The notes: generated from the letters alone by a model not told the origin. 64,000 nt of DNA from Acidothermaceae bacterium (GCA_036501485.1 DASYAG010000122.1:5446-69445), one strand, 5' to 3'; counted from the stretch's first letter, positions 1 through 10,555 are shown. A program made the numbers and translations.

Positions 1-320
1 AGCTGCGCTGGGCGTTGGCGGTCGGGGTCGCGCCGGTGTTGATCACCAGCGCGCTCGCTCAGGGCATCAGGGCGCTCGCCAAAGTCGCGAGCGCTCCGCG
101 GGGTCTGCGCGGCGCCGACCTCGCTCGCGAATTAGAGATGCCGCCCTGGAAAGTCGATCGGGTGCGAGCTCAACTGCAGGGATGGACGCCCACGGGCGTG
201 GCGACGGCGGTGACGGCGATCGCTCAGGCCGATGAGCAGGTCAAGGGTGGTGGCACCGACGCCGGCTACGCGCTGGAGAAGGCAGTCCTGGCGATCGTGG
301 CGGCTCGCGCAGCGGCATAG
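1..320 (+). CDS. holA: DNA polymerase III subunit delta, C-terminal fragment (5' end outside window)
   Basis: ORF is open to the window edge. The tail ...MPPWKVDRVRAQLQGW...AIAQADEQVKGGG...YALEKAV resembles actinobacterial HolA C-termini as I recall them. holA-rpsT-lepA is the usual actinobacterial neighbourhood. Confidence 0.6.
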   Translation, partial: LRWALAVGVAPVLITSALAQGIRALAKVASAPRGLRGADLARELEMPPWKVDRVRAQLQGWTPTGVATAVTAIAQADEQVKGGGTDAGYALEKAVLAIVAARAAA

Positions 321-370
321 CGGGCCAAACGGCGGTCAAATCTCGCCGCGCAGCGCCGCGGCAAACGGCG

Positions 371-628
371 TTAGGACGAAGCGGCTTGCTTGGCCAGCGC
401 TGACTTGCGGTTGGCGGCCTGGTTGGCGTGGATGACGCCCTTGCTGGCGGCCTTGTCGAGCTGACGGGTGGCGGCGCGCAGCAACTCAGGCGCGTCGGGT
501 GACCCGGCCGCTGCCGCTTCGCGGTAACGGCGGACATGGGTCTTGAGCGAGGACTTCACGGCCTTGTTGCGCAGCCGTGCCTTCTCGTTCGTGCCGATGC
601 GCTTGATCTGGGACTTGATATTCGCCAC
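371..628 (-). CDS. rpsT: 30S ribosomal protein S20
   Basis: [34 protein letters not shown]... is a classic S20 N-terminus. I placed a GTG start at 628 inside the longer ORF 371..787, giving about 85 aa. Confidence 0.9.
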   Translation of the reverse strand: MANIKSQIKRIGTNEKARLRNKAVKSSLKTHVRRYREAAAAGSPDAPELLRAATRQLDKAASKGVIHANQAANRKSALAKQAASS

Positions 629-844
629 GCGGGAAGCCTCATCGAGTTGTTCGGGGTCTGGTTGTTCGGTGCAGCACAGCGCGCAACAGGGTTGCGAGTC
701 GAGCGACCACTCAGAGTACCCAAACGGCAGGTTCGGCGTCCAACCAGGCTGGCCGAGACCGCTCCCGCGAGGCATGCTGGACTCCACCGGTACGGATCGA
801 CGGTCGAGACCCGGCTCCGTCTCCGTTCTGGGATCGGAGAGCTC

Positions 845-2701
845 ATGGTCGGCCTGGTACCAGCATCAGTGCGGCTGCCCGGCATGTTGGAAGGGCACGC
901 GCCCGGCTCCGTCCCGGGCCCGCGCGCACCTGAGCGCGATCCCGCCAAGGCGACCGCCGCGGCCTTGATCGCGGTAGCCGAAGACCTCGCCGGCGAGTTC
1001 TCACTCCGCCCATTACTTGAACGCATCCTGTTGCGCTGCACCGAACTGCTCGGCTGCGACGCAGGCTCGATCTGCAGCGTCGACGAGGCGGCCGGCACCT
1101 ATCGCAAGGAAGCTGACATCGGCGTCCGCTGCCAATCGGGCCAGGTGTTCCCGCTCACCGAAGGCATGACCGGCCTGGTCGTCGCCAACCGCGAGCCCAT
1201 CTGGCTGGCCCGCTACGACGAGGTTCCCGGTGGCCATGTCGCGGCGGCCGACCGCGCGACGCTACGCGGAGTGATCGGCGTCCCGCTGTCGTGGCGAGGT
1301 TCGATCGTCGGCGCGTGCGTCGTATTCAGTCGTGACCCGTCGCGGGTTTTTGGACCGGACGACGCGGAGTTGCTGCAGTTGTTCGCGACGCACGCCGCCG
1401 TCGCGTTGGCCAACGCCCGCATGTACGCAGCCGCCGAAGAACGCGCCAGGACGATCGCCAGTGCATCGGAGCGCGACCGCTTGTTCCGCGAGCTCTACGA
1501 CACGTTGAGCCAGGGCCTTGTCGGGGTGCTCAGCCAACTCGATGCGGCGGAGTCGAAGGACCTGCCGCTCGTGCGCGAGGCACGCAACGCCGCGTCAACT
1601 GCTCTGGTCGAGACCCGCCGCACGATGCTCGGGTTGTCGGCGTCGCCGCTGGAAACGCACAGCATCGAGGACGTGCTGCGGGCCGAAGTCGACTGGGCCC
1701 AGCGCACCGGGCGGCTCGACGGCAGGTTCGTGCTCGCTGGGGTGCCGGTGCTGCTCGAGCGCGATGTGGCCGACGAGATCGTGCGAATCGCGCAAGAGGC
1801 ACTCACCAACATCGTTCAGCACGCGCAGGCGAAGACGGTGCGTCTGGGCATCGCGTATGAGACGCACGGGGTATCGCTTCTCGTGCAGGACGACGGTCAA
1901 GGCTCGGCGTTCTCGACGGCCGCCGACGACGTGCCGTTCGGGTTGCGCGGGATATCGGAGCGGGCGCTGGCCGTCGGCGGCCAACTCGAAGTCGACTCGC
2001 TGCCAGGGTGGGGCACCAGCGTTCGCGTTCGATTCCCGTACAGCCGGCCGGCGGCAGGGCCGAAGTTGCGCGGGCCGCGGGTCATCGTCGTCGCGGCGCA
2101 ACCGCTGGTGCGCTCCGGCGTCGCGCGCCTTTTGTCGATGACCGAGCCCGGCATCGAGGTCGTCGGCGAGGTGGCGACGGCATCGGCGGCTCGCGCGATG
2201 CAGCACAGATTGCAGGCCGACGTCGTGATCGCCACCCTTCGCCTGGATCGCGACGACGACGGCTTGGACGCCGTGGAGTTGACGCGTGAACTCATGGCGC
2301 AGCAGCCATCGGTCGGCGTCCTGGGCCTCTGCGAAACAGGTGACGACGTCGGTGTGACCGCGCTGCTGCGCGCCGGAGCGCGAGGATGCGTCGACGTGAA
2401 TGCCGACGGTCCCACACTTGCGCAGGCAGTCATTGCGGCCGGCCGTGGACAAGCGGTGCTTACCGTCGCGGCGCTTCGGCATCTCTCCGACGGCCTCTCC
2501 GAGGGGGCGCCGTCGTCACTGACACCGCGTGAGCGGCAGGTCCGTTCGCTCGTCGAAGAGGGCCTCTCGGACAAGCTCATAGCGGAGCGGCTCGTCATCT
2601 CGGTCAAGACGGTTGAGAAGCACGTCGGCGCGCTGCTGCGCAAGACCGGCGCGCACAGTCGCACCGAGGTTGCGGCCCGCGGGCGGGTACGGGCGCGCTA
2701 G
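845..2701 (+). CDS. GAF - HisKA_3/HATPase - receiver-like - LuxR HTH fusion protein (degenerate phosphorelay residues)
   Basis: Contains a GAF-like segment ([11 protein letters not shown]...[15 protein letters not shown]) and an H-box-like helix [15 protein letters not shown]. The N-box is [10 protein letters not shown] and the G-boxes are DDGQG and [10 protein letters not shown] receiver-like segment ([14 protein letters not shown]...) is followed by a C-terminal LuxR HTH ([36 protein letters not shown]). Start set at ATG 845 because 536..628 overlaps rpsT on the opposite strand; the start is uncertain. Confidence 0.75.
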   Translation: MVGLVPASVRLPGMLEGHAPGSVPGPRAPERDPAKATAAALIAVAEDLAGEFSLRPLLERILLRCTELLGCDAGSICSVDEAAGTYRKEADIGVRCQSGQVFPLTEGMTGLVVANREPIWLARYDEVPGGHVAAADRATLRGVIGVPLSWRGSIVGACVVFSRDPSRVFGPDDAELLQLFATHAAVALANARMYAAAEERARTIASASERDRLFRELYDTLSQGLVGVLSQLDAAESKDLPLVREARNAASTALVETRRTMLGLSASPLETHSIEDVLRAEVDWAQRTGRLDGRFVLAGVPVLLERDVADEIVRIAQEALTNIVQHAQAKTVRLGIAYETHGVSLLVQDDGQGSAFSTAADDVPFGLRGISERALAVGGQLEVDSLPGWGTSVRVRFPYSRPAAGPKLRGPRVIVVAAQPLVRSGVARLLSMTEPGIEVVGEVATASAARAMQHRLQADVVIATLRLDRDDDGLDAVELTRELMAQQPSVGVLGLCETGDDVGVTALLRAGARGCVDVNADGPTLAQAVIAAGRGQAVLTVAALRHLSDGLSEGAPSSLTPRERQVRSLVEEGLSDKLIAERLVISVKTVEKHVGALLRKTGAHSRTEVAARGRVRAR

Positions 2702-2720
2702 GTAGGGATTCCCCTACCTA
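2699..2720 (+). terminator. Perfect 9-bp hairpin overlapping the stop codon of the sensor-regulator gene
   Basis: TAGGTAGGG-attc-CCCTACCTA read directly from the sequence. There is no T-tract, which is common in high-GC Actinobacteria. Confidence 0.4.
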
Positions 2721-2793
2721 CAGACGGGGACAACTCCCGATGCTTGCGCCGGGTCACGCGTCTTAGCCTGACGGTGTCCCCGAGGAGTCACGC

Positions 2794-3654
2794 GTGCCCG
2801 TTGTCGCATTGAAGGAGATCGTCGATCGCGCGTTCGCGCAGCGCTACGGGGTAGCTGCGATCAACGTGGTCAACGACCTCACGCTTGAAGCGGTGCTCGC
2901 GGCCGCGGTTGAGCAGCGGGCTCCCGTGATTGTCCAGACGTCCGTGAAGACCGTCCGGATGATCGGGCGAGAAGTGCTGTTCTCCATGTGGACTGCGATG
3001 ACGGCTGGCATCGAGGTGCCCGTCAGCCTGCATCTTGATCACTGTCCCGACCGTCAAGTCATCACCGACTGCCTGCGCACCGGATGGAACTCGGTGCTCT
3101 TTGACGCCTCTTCGTTGCCCGTCGCGGAGAACCTGCGGCAGACGATCGAGGTGGTCGCCGAGGCGCATGCGGTTGGCGCCAACGTCGAGGGCGAGATCGA
3201 AGCGATCACCGGCGTCGAAGACGGCATCGGCAGTGACGAGGAGTCAAAGCACCAGTCTCTGGAGGTTGCGGTCGACTTCATCGAACGCACCGGCGTCGAC
3301 GTTTTCGCGCCCGCCATCGGCAACGCGCACGGCGTTTATCACGCCGAGCCGAAGCTTGACGCTCAGCGCGTCACCGACCTGGTCGAGGCAGCCGGCGTCC
3401 CGATTGCGCTGCACGGCGGCACCGGCATGACGGACGTGCAGTTCGCCGACCTGATTGCGCGTGGGTGCGCGAAGGTCAACATTTCGACCGCGCTGAAGGT
3501 CGTCTACATGAAGTCCAACCTCGAATTCCTCAAAGCCGCCGAGGCGAAGGACAGCTGGGATCCGCCGTCGCTGTTTCGCGATGTGCGCGCCTCGGTGCTC
3601 ACGCTGGCGGCCGATCACATTCGCAAGTTCGGCAGCGTTGGGCGGGCCTGGTGA
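2794..3654 (+). CDS. Class II ketose-bisphosphate aldolase family protein (FbaA/GatY/KbaY-like)
   Basis: GTG start. Motifs YGVAAINVVN, PVIVQTS, SLHLDHC, NVEGEIE and ALHGGTG are typical of the class II aldolase family. Confidence 0.8.
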   Translation: MPVVALKEIVDRAFAQRYGVAAINVVNDLTLEAVLAAAVEQRAPVIVQTSVKTVRMIGREVLFSMWTAMTAGIEVPVSLHLDHCPDRQVITDCLRTGWNSVLFDASSLPVAENLRQTIEVVAEAHAVGANVEGEIEAITGVEDGIGSDEESKHQSLEVAVDFIERTGVDVFAPAIGNAHGVYHAEPKLDAQRVTDLVEAAGVPIALHGGTGMTDVQFADLIARGCAKVNISTALKVVYMKSNLEFLKAAEAKDSWDPPSLFRDVRASVLTLAADHIRKFGSVGRAW

Positions 3655-3659
3655 CGCCG

Positions 3660-4454
3660 ATGAGTGACGGAACCGCGCTCGTTTTCGATTGCGACGGCGT
3701 GCTCGCCGACACCGAGCGCTGCGGGCACCTGCCGGCGTTCAACCAGACGTTCGAGGAGTTCCAACTGCCCGTCGTCTGGAGTGAAGAGGAGTACGGCCAG
3801 AAGCTTCTGATCGGCGGCGGCAAGGAGCGAATGGCGAGTTTGCTCACACCCGACTTCGTGGCCACGGCCGGACTCCCCACTGACCTCGAAGGCCAGGAAG
3901 CAGCCGTCGCTGCGTGGCATCGCCGCAAGACCGAGATCTACACCGAGATGGTCGAGGCTGGGAAGCTGCCGGGTCGCCCGGGCGTCCGGCGGGTCGTCGA
4001 GGAAGCACGCGAGGCGGGCTGGGCACTTGCGGTGGCCTCAACCTCGGCCGAACCGTCGGTGCGTGCGGTGCTCGAGCACGTCGTCGGCATCGACAACGCG
4101 AGCGACTTCTTGGTGCTGGCCGGCGACATCGTGCCGCGCAAGAAGCCCGCGCCGCATATCTATCTGCTCGCACAAGAACGGCTCGGTATGCGTCCGGGCC
4201 AGATCGTTGTCGTGGAGGACTCGCGCAACGGGCTGCGCGCCGCCACTGCGGCCGGCCTCGACTGCGTCGTCACCGTCAACGACTACACGAAGGACGAGAA
4301 CTTCTCGGAGGCCGCACTCGTTGTCTCCAACCTCGGCGACCCCGGCGCAGACCCCATCGTCGTGCTGGCCAATCGAAGCCGCGCGCGACCTGGTGCCTTC
4401 GTGACAGTCGCCGACCTGGCCGCCGTCCTGACTGAAACGAGAAGGGACATCTGA
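3660..4454 (+). CDS. HAD-IA family hydrolase (CbbY-like phosphatase)
   Basis: MSDGTALVFDCDGVLADTE carries the DxDG nucleophile motif; later motifs include VASTS, KKPAPHIY and VEDSRNG. An alternative GTG at 3651 would overlap the aldolase stop codon. Confidence 0.75.
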   Translation: MSDGTALVFDCDGVLADTERCGHLPAFNQTFEEFQLPVVWSEEEYGQKLLIGGGKERMASLLTPDFVATAGLPTDLEGQEAAVAAWHRRKTEIYTEMVEAGKLPGRPGVRRVVEEAREAGWALAVASTSAEPSVRAVLEHVVGIDNASDFLVLAGDIVPRKKPAPHIYLLAQERLGMRPGQIVVVEDSRNGLRAATAAGLDCVVTVNDYTKDENFSEAALVVSNLGDPGADPIVVLANRSRARPGAFVTVADLAAVLTETRRDI

Positions 4455-5101
4455 TGGCATCGCCCGCCTCGTTCGACGACGTCGAAGTCGTGGTTCGCAC
4501 CGTCGCGGAGACCGCGGTAGCGAACGAGAAGTACTTCGGCGACCTCGACTCGGTTGTCGGCGATGGTGACTTCGGCTATTCGATGGCCCGCGGTTTCGAA
4601 ATCGTGGTCAGCGACTGGGACGGCTTTGATCGCAGCGATATCGGCACCTTCCTGAAGAAGGTCGCCGTGGTCATCACGTCGCGAATCGGCGGCACCTCCG
4701 GGCCCATCTGGGGCACCGCGTTTCTGCGAGCCGGTGCTGCGGCGGGCGCAGTGACCGAGCTCGAGCCGGAGCAAGTGATCGCGATGCTGAGGGCGTCGAT
4801 CGAAGGCATCAAGGCGCGCGGCCAAAGCGACGTCGGCGACAAGACACTGCTTGACGCGATCGTGCCGGCCACCGACGCGCTCGAGACGGAATTGAAGAAC
4901 GGCGCGTCGTGGTCGCATGCGCTGCACATCGCCGCAGCAGTCGCACGCGCGTCGGCGGAGCACACCAAATCGATGCAGGCAATGCGCGGCCGCGCGAGCT
5001 ACACGGGCGAGCGCAGCATCGGTTCGCTCGATGCAGGCGCGGTCGCGGTAGCAGTCATGTTCGAGGCACTCGCGGAGAAGTGGCCGGATTCGACCGGCTG
5101 A
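4454..5101 (+). CDS. dhaL: Dihydroxyacetone kinase family, ADP-binding subunit L
   Basis: LDSVVGDGDFGYSMARG and GGTSGPIWGTAFL are DhaL-domain motifs. The start overlaps the stop codon of the upstream HAD gene. Confidence 0.8.
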   Translation: MASPASFDDVEVVVRTVAETAVANEKYFGDLDSVVGDGDFGYSMARGFEIVVSDWDGFDRSDIGTFLKKVAVVITSRIGGTSGPIWGTAFLRAGAAAGAVTELEPEQVIAMLRASIEGIKARGQSDVGDKTLLDAIVPATDALETELKNGASWSHALHIAAAVARASAEHTKSMQAMRGRASYTGERSIGSLDAGAVAVAVMFEALAEKWPDSTG

Positions 5102-5185
5102 CAGACAACGCCGGACGGTCCCGCCCGGCGGCATACACCGATGCAGCTGAACTTCCCAGTCGGCTGTGGGCCTGGAGGTGGCGCG

Positions 5186-6181
5186 TTGAAGAAGTTTGTG
5201 AACGATCCCAAGCAGTTCGTGCCCGAGATGTTGGAAGGCATCGCGCTCGCCAACCCGGACACGCTGAAGTACGTCCCGGCCTACAACCTGATCATGCGAG
5301 TCGATGCGCCACGGCCGGACAAGGTGTCGGTCATGCAGGGCTCGGGCTCCGGCCACGAGCCGGCGCACGTCATGATCGTCGGCAAGGGAATGCTCGACGC
5401 TGCGTGTCCGGGCGATGTGTTCGCCGCACCGCCGATGGACTACGTGCTCGAGACGTCGAAGCTGCTCAACTCGCCCAAGGGCGTACTGCACCTGATCAAC
5501 AACTACACCGGCGACCGGATGGCCTTCGAGATGGGCAAGGAGCTCGCCGAGGCTGAGGGCATCACCATCGGCACGGTGATGGTCGACGACGACGTCGCCG
5601 TCAAAGACTCAACCTGGACAGTCGGACGCCGAGGGGTGGCCGGCAACTTCTTCGTGATCAAGACGATCGGCGCAGCGTCGGAGGACGGCGCGGATCTCGA
5701 CGAGCTGATCAGGATCGGTCAGAAGGTCAACTCGGTCACCCGCACCATGGGCATGGCGCTCACGTCGTGCACCCCGCCCGCCAAGGGATCGCCGCTGTTC
5801 GAGCTCGGCGATGACGAGATGGAGATGGGTGTCGGGATCCACGGCGAGCCGGGTCGTCGTCGCGAGAAGCTCGCGAGCGCCGACGCGATCGTCGACGAAC
5901 TGGTCGAGGCGGTCGCCTCCGACCTGCCGTTCAAGCGGGGCGACAACGTCGCGCTGATGGTCAACGGCCTGGGCGGCACCCCGATCAGCGAGCTGTACAT
6001 CCTCTACCGGCGGGCCCACCAGCAGCTTGCCGACCGCGGGATCACCGTTGGCCGCAACTATGTCGGGGAGTACTGCACCTCCCTCGACATGGCCGGCGCC
6101 TCGGTCACCCTGGTCAAGCTCGACGACGAGATCACCAAGCTCCTCGCCGCGCCCGCGGAGATAGCCGTCCGCACCTTCTAG
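5186..6181 (+). CDS. dhaK: Dihydroxyacetone kinase family, substrate-binding subunit K
   Basis: KKFVNDPKQFVPEMLEG and SGSGHEPAH are DhaK motifs. I prefer TTG 5186 because GGAGGTG lies 5 nt upstream; the tracked ATG 5141 adds an atypical N-terminus. Confidence 0.8.
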   Translation: MKKFVNDPKQFVPEMLEGIALANPDTLKYVPAYNLIMRVDAPRPDKVSVMQGSGSGHEPAHVMIVGKGMLDAACPGDVFAAPPMDYVLETSKLLNSPKGVLHLINNYTGDRMAFEMGKELAEAEGITIGTVMVDDDVAVKDSTWTVGRRGVAGNFFVIKTIGAASEDGADLDELIRIGQKVNSVTRTMGMALTSCTPPAKGSPLFELGDDEMEMGVGIHGEPGRRREKLASADAIVDELVEAVASDLPFKRGDNVALMVNGLGGTPISELYILYRRAHQQLADRGITVGRNYVGEYCTSLDMAGASVTLVKLDDEITKLLAAPAEIAVRTF

Positions 6182-6252
6182 CAGCGCCAACGGGCGGGGG
6201 TGCCTGGCCGACGTGGGATCATGGTCAGGCATCCCCGACTTGAGAGAAGCGC

Positions 6253-8073
6253 GTGCCGCTACAACGCACCGATCCGGCGACGATCCGCAACTTCTGCATC
6301 ATCGCCCACATCGATCACGGCAAGTCGACGCTGGCCGACCGCATGCTGCAACTCACGGGCGTGGTCGACGAGCGCTCGATGCGCGCCCAATACCTCGATC
6401 GGATGGACATCGAGCGCGAGCGCGGCATCACGATCAAGAGCCATGCCGTCCGGCTGCCCTGGAAGGTCGACGGCGCCGGCTACGTGCTGAACATGATCGA
6501 CACGCCGGGCCACGTCGACTTCACCTATGAGGTGTCGCGGTCCCTCGCCGCGTGCGAGGGCGCCGTGCTGCTGGTCGACGCGGCGCAGGGGATCGAGGCC
6601 CAGACGCTGGCCAATCTCTACCTCGCGATCCAGAGTGACCTGCACATCATTCCGGTGCTGAACAAGATCGACCTGCCTGCGGCGCAGCCGGAGCGGTATG
6701 CCGAGGAACTCGCACATGTCATCGGATGCGAGCCAACCGACGTCCTGCGGGTAAGCGCGAAGACCGGCTTCGGAGTTCGCGAGCTACTGGATCACGTCGT
6801 GCAGCAGGTCCCGCCTCCGGTCGGCGACTTCGAGGCGCCGCCGCGTGCGCTTATTTTCGACTCCGTCTACGACGTCTACCGCGGCGTCGTCACCTACGTG
6901 CGGGTCGTCGACGGCTACCTGTCGAGCCGCGAGCGCATCAAGATGCTGTCGACCGGGACGACGCATGAGCTGCTCGAGGTCGGCGTCATTTCACCAGACC
7001 CGATATCGACTGAGGGGCTCGCCGTCGGCGAGGTCGGTTACCTCATCACTGGGGTGAAGGACGTTCGTCAGTCACGCGTGGGCGACACCGTGACGGTGGT
7101 CAGCCGGGCCGCGACCGACCCGCTGGCGGAGTACACGCTGCCCAAGCCGATGGTCTACTCGGGGCTGTATCCGATCGACGGCAGCGACTACCCGCTGCTG
7201 CGCGACGCGCTCGACCGCCTGCAACTCAATGACGCCGCGCTCGCCTACGAACCGGAGACCAGCGCCGCGCTCGGCTTCGGATTCCGCTGCGGCTTCCTCG
7301 GCTTGCTGCACCTCGAGATCGTGCGCGAGCGGCTTGAACGCGAGTTCAACCTCGACCTGATCTCAACTGCGCCCAACGTCGTCTACCGCGTCATTCGCGA
7401 AGACGGCAAGCAGATCACGGTTACGAACCCGAGTGAGTATCCCGAGGGCAAGATCGCCGAGGTCTACGAGCCGGTCGTGCGGGCCACCGTGCTCTCGCCG
7501 AGCGACTATGTCGGCACGATCATGGAGCTCTGCCAAAGCCGGCGCGGCACCCTGCTGGGCATGGATTATCTGTCTGCTGACCGCGTCGAGCTGCGGTACA
7601 CGATGCCGATGGCCGAGATCGCGTTCGACTTCTTCGATCAGCTGAAGTCGCGCACCCGCGGCTACGCCAGCCTCGACTACGAGCCGACCGGCGAGCAGGT
7701 GGGCGACCTCGTCAAGGTCGACATCCTGCTGCAGGGCGAAGCAGTCGACGCGTTCAGCGCGATCGTGCACAAGGACAAGGCCTACGCGTACGGCGTCGAG
7801 ATGACGAAGAAGCTGCGCGAGCTCATCCCGCGTCAGCAGTTCGAGGTGCCGATCCAGGCGGCGATCGGATCGCGCATCATCGCCAGGGAGAGCATTCGGG
7901 CGATCCGCAAGGACGTGCTCGCGAAATGCTATGGCGGTGACATCAGCCGAAAGCGCAAGCTGCTGGAGAAGCAAAAGGAAGGCAAGAAGCGGATGAAGAT
8001 GGTCGGCCGGGTCGAGGTTCCACAGGAGGCATTCATCGCCGCGCTCTCGACAGCTCCGACGGCCAAGGACTGA
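6253..8073 (+). CDS. lepA: Translation elongation factor 4
   Basis: [37 protein letters not shown] and the C-terminal LepA tail are present over the full 606 aa. Confidence 0.95.
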   Translation: MPLQRTDPATIRNFCIIAHIDHGKSTLADRMLQLTGVVDERSMRAQYLDRMDIERERGITIKSHAVRLPWKVDGAGYVLNMIDTPGHVDFTYEVSRSLAACEGAVLLVDAAQGIEAQTLANLYLAIQSDLHIIPVLNKIDLPAAQPERYAEELAHVIGCEPTDVLRVSAKTGFGVRELLDHVVQQVPPPVGDFEAPPRALIFDSVYDVYRGVVTYVRVVDGYLSSRERIKMLSTGTTHELLEVGVISPDPISTEGLAVGEVGYLITGVKDVRQSRVGDTVTVVSRAATDPLAEYTLPKPMVYSGLYPIDGSDYPLLRDALDRLQLNDAALAYEPETSAALGFGFRCGFLGLLHLEIVRERLEREFNLDLISTAPNVVYRVIREDGKQITVTNPSEYPEGKIAEVYEPVVRATVLSPSDYVGTIMELCQSRRGTLLGMDYLSADRVELRYTMPMAEIAFDFFDQLKSRTRGYASLDYEPTGEQVGDLVKVDILLQGEAVDAFSAIVHKDKAYAYGVEMTKKLRELIPRQQFEVPIQAAIGSRIIARESIRAIRKDVLAKCYGGDISRKRKLLEKQKEGKKRMKMVGRVEVPQEAFIAALSTAPTAKD

Positions 8074-8077
8074 CGGC

Positions 8078-8713
8078 GTGACGCAGGCGACGGTCGTGGC
8101 CGTGAACGTCGGACGCGGCAAGGCGATGCCGGGCAAGTCGGGGATGAGCTCGATCGACAAGCGCGGTGCGCAGGGCCGGGTCGCAGTACGCCGGCTGGGG
8201 CTGGACGGCGACTCGCAGATGGATACCGCGAACCATGGCGGCCCCGAGCAAGCTGTGTACGCCTACGCGATGGAAGACCTCGACGACTGGGCGGGTCTGC
8301 TTGATCGCGAACTGCGACCGGGGCAGTTCGGTGAGAATCTGTCGACCCGCGGCATCGACGTCACCGGCGCCTTGATTGGTGAGACGTGGCGTATCGGGAG
8401 CACCTTGCTTCAGGTCTCACGCCCGCGGTTCCCGTGCGTCGTTTTCCAGAACTGGCTCGAAGAGCCGCATTGGGTCAAGCGGTTCACCGACGACGGCCGA
8501 CCGGGCGCCTACTTCCGGGTGCTCGAGGAGGGCGACCTCGGTGCGGGCGACGACATCGTGATCCAGGACAGACCTGATCACGACGTCACTATTGGCCTGG
8601 TCTTTCGGGCGAGGACGACGGATCGCAGCCTGATCCCGCGGATGCTGGCCGCGCCCCAACTTCCGAAGGCCGACTACCAGTTCGCCGTGCGGTACGTCGA
8701 GGAGAACTCCTAG
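8078..8713 (+). CDS. MOSC domain-containing protein (YiiM-like)
   Basis: GLDGDSQMDTANHGGPEQAVYAY, GQFGENL and the RPRFPC cysteine motif are present. Confidence 0.8.
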   Translation: MTQATVVAVNVGRGKAMPGKSGMSSIDKRGAQGRVAVRRLGLDGDSQMDTANHGGPEQAVYAYAMEDLDDWAGLLDRELRPGQFGENLSTRGIDVTGALIGETWRIGSTLLQVSRPRFPCVVFQNWLEEPHWVKRFTDDGRPGAYFRVLEEGDLGAGDDIVIQDRPDHDVTIGLVFRARTTDRSLIPRMLAAPQLPKADYQFAVRYVEENS

Positions 8714-8719
8714 CGAGAC

Positions 8720-9205
8720 TCAGCGCTCCGCCTGCCGACGTCCGCGCAGGACGAGGCCGGCGTCGACGAGCGCTGATTGCATGCGCAGCCGTTCGGCTTC
8801 GCGATCGAGACCGTCGGTGCCCTCGAGGCCCTCAGGAACCTGCAGCGCCCGACAAGCCTCGACGAGCACGCGGTCGTAGGCGTTTGTTGTTGCCATCACC
8901 TTGGTGGCCTTGCCGGGGATGGGCCGAGAATCGGCGTAGCTATCAAGCCATTGCTGGAGTCGGCGCAGACTCTTGGCGATGTCCTCGATGGGCGGTCCGA
9001 CCGGCTCCATCGGTGCAGGCGAGAACCTCCGCCAGACGCGACTGACGGCGTCGGCGAACTTCACGTGGAGCGCAACGCGGTTTGCCGGTAGCAGTGCCGT
9101 TACGCAGATTGCGACCGTCGCCGTAAGCCATAGCGCGAGCCAAAACACCAGCCTGCCGCCTCCTCGGGCACTCCTGATTCTGCTCTTATGACGTGCCAAG
9201 TGCAC
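8720..9205 (-). CDS. Hypothetical single-pass membrane protein
   Basis: 161-aa ORF with high third-position GC by eye and one N-terminal hydrophobic helix (LVFWLALWLTATVAICVTALL). I recognise no family. Confidence 0.5.
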   Translation of the reverse strand: MHLARHKSRIRSARGGGRLVFWLALWLTATVAICVTALLPANRVALHVKFADAVSRVWRRFSPAPMEPVGPPIEDIAKSLRRLQQWLDSYADSRPIPGKATKVMATTNAYDRVLVEACRALQVPEGLEGTDGLDREAERLRMQSALVDAGLVLRGRRQAER

Positions 9206-9232
9206 TAGTGGTTTTCGACCTGTGCGCAGAAT

Positions 9233-10456
9233 GTGACCGTGCCATCGACATTGCCCGACGGCGACCCGCAGCCGGTCGACGGAGCGTTACCCCCCGACGT
9301 CCGCGCGGGTGTTGGATCTGCGCCCTTTAGCGTCTACATCCACGTGCCGTATTGCGCGACCCGCTGCGGCTACTGCGACTTCAATACCTACACGGCCTCC
9401 GAGCTCGGCGGCGGGGCGAGCCAGGCGTCGTACGCGCAGGACGCGATCGCAGAACTGAAGTTTGCCCGCGGCGTGCTTGGCGACGTTGATCTACCCGTGC
9501 AGACCGTGTTCTTCGGCGGTGGCACGCCGACCCTGCTGCCGGTGGCCGATCTCGCGGCGATGCTCACCGCCGTCCGCGACCTCTTTGGTCTTGCGCGTGA
9601 TGCCGAAGTGACCACTGAGGCCAACCCGGAATCTGTTGATGCGCGTTCACTGAACGCGCTCCGCGAGGCTGGCTTCACCCGGATCAGCCTCGGCATGCAG
9701 TCGGCGCGTCCGCACGTGCTCGCGGTTCTTGATCGCGTCCACACGCCAGGCGCGCCGGCGTTGAGAGTCGCCGAAGCCCGAGCGGTTGGTTTCGAGCACG
9801 TCAGCCTTGACCTGATCTACGGCACCCCCGGTGAGTCGGACGACGATTGGCGGGCGTCGCTCGACGCCGCGATCGCCGCCGAACCTGACCACATCAGTGC
9901 CTACTCGTTGATCGTCGAGGACGGCACGCGACTTGCTGGTCGGGTCGCTCGTGGGGAACTTCCCAGACCGGACGACGATGTGCTGGCCGATCGTTATTTG
10001 ATCGCCGACGAGATGCTGTCTCGTGCCGGGTTCGGGTGGTACGAGGTGTCGAACTGGGCGAAGCCGGGTGGCCAGTGCCGGCACAACCTGGCGTACTGGC
10101 GCAGCTTCGATTGGTGGGGCATCGGGCCGGGCGCGCACAGTCACGTCGGGGGAGTGCGGTGGTGGAACGTGAAGCATCCGACGGCCTATGCGGCGCGGGT
10201 GTCTGCCGGTGCGAGCCCGGGCTACGCGCGTGAAGTTCTTGACGCTTCAACGCAGCGGGTCGAGCGGGTGCTGTTGCAGTTGCGACTGGCTGAGGGTCTC
10301 GACTTGCTCGAACTCGACGACACTGGTCGCGCTGTAGCGCTCGCGGAGGTTGCGGCTGGCTTGCTCGACCCCGTGGCGTTCGAGCAAGGGCGCGGGGTGC
10401 TCACCCGTGAGGGTCGGTTACTTGCCGACGGCGTGGTGCGGCGCTTGCTCGGCTAG
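9233..10456 (+). CDS. hemW: Radical SAM heme chaperone HemW (HemN-like)
   Basis: YIHVPYCATRCGYCDFNTY is the CxxxCxxC radical SAM motif, followed by FFGGGTPT. The gene sits between lepA and hrcA as in other Actinobacteria. Confidence 0.9.
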   Translation: MTVPSTLPDGDPQPVDGALPPDVRAGVGSAPFSVYIHVPYCATRCGYCDFNTYTASELGGGASQASYAQDAIAELKFARGVLGDVDLPVQTVFFGGGTPTLLPVADLAAMLTAVRDLFGLARDAEVTTEANPESVDARSLNALREAGFTRISLGMQSARPHVLAVLDRVHTPGAPALRVAEARAVGFEHVSLDLIYGTPGESDDDWRASLDAAIAAEPDHISAYSLIVEDGTRLAGRVARGELPRPDDDVLADRYLIADEMLSRAGFGWYEVSNWAKPGGQCRHNLAYWRSFDWWGIGPGAHSHVGGVRWWNVKHPTAYAARVSAGASPGYAREVLDASTQRVERVLLQLRLAEGLDLLELDDTGRAVALAEVAAGLLDPVAFEQGRGVLTREGRLLADGVVRRLLG

Positions 10457-10466
10457 CTTTCGTCCG

Positions 10467-10488
10467 CCGCAAGGTGCTGCTCTTGCGG
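10467..10488 (+). terminator. Hairpin downstream of hemW
   Basis: CCGCAAG-gtgctgct-CTTGCGG begins 11 nt after the hemW stop codon. No T-tract. Confidence 0.35.
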
Positions 10489-10555
10489 TCCGGACCTGAA
10501 GCGACTACACACCACTCTGAAACGATCACGTGGCAAACAACTTCCGGGGGAAAAC

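Noticed and set aside
536-844. N-terminal extension of the sensor-regulator ORF
   Set aside because: It overlaps rpsT on the opposite strand and reads as low-complexity sequence. An internal ATG at 845 is more plausible.
4283-5491. 402-aa minus-strand ORF
   Set aside because: It lies antisense to the well-supported dhaL and dhaK genes. It is Arg/Ala/His-rich with no recognisable motifs, which is a typical shadow ORF of high-GC DNA.
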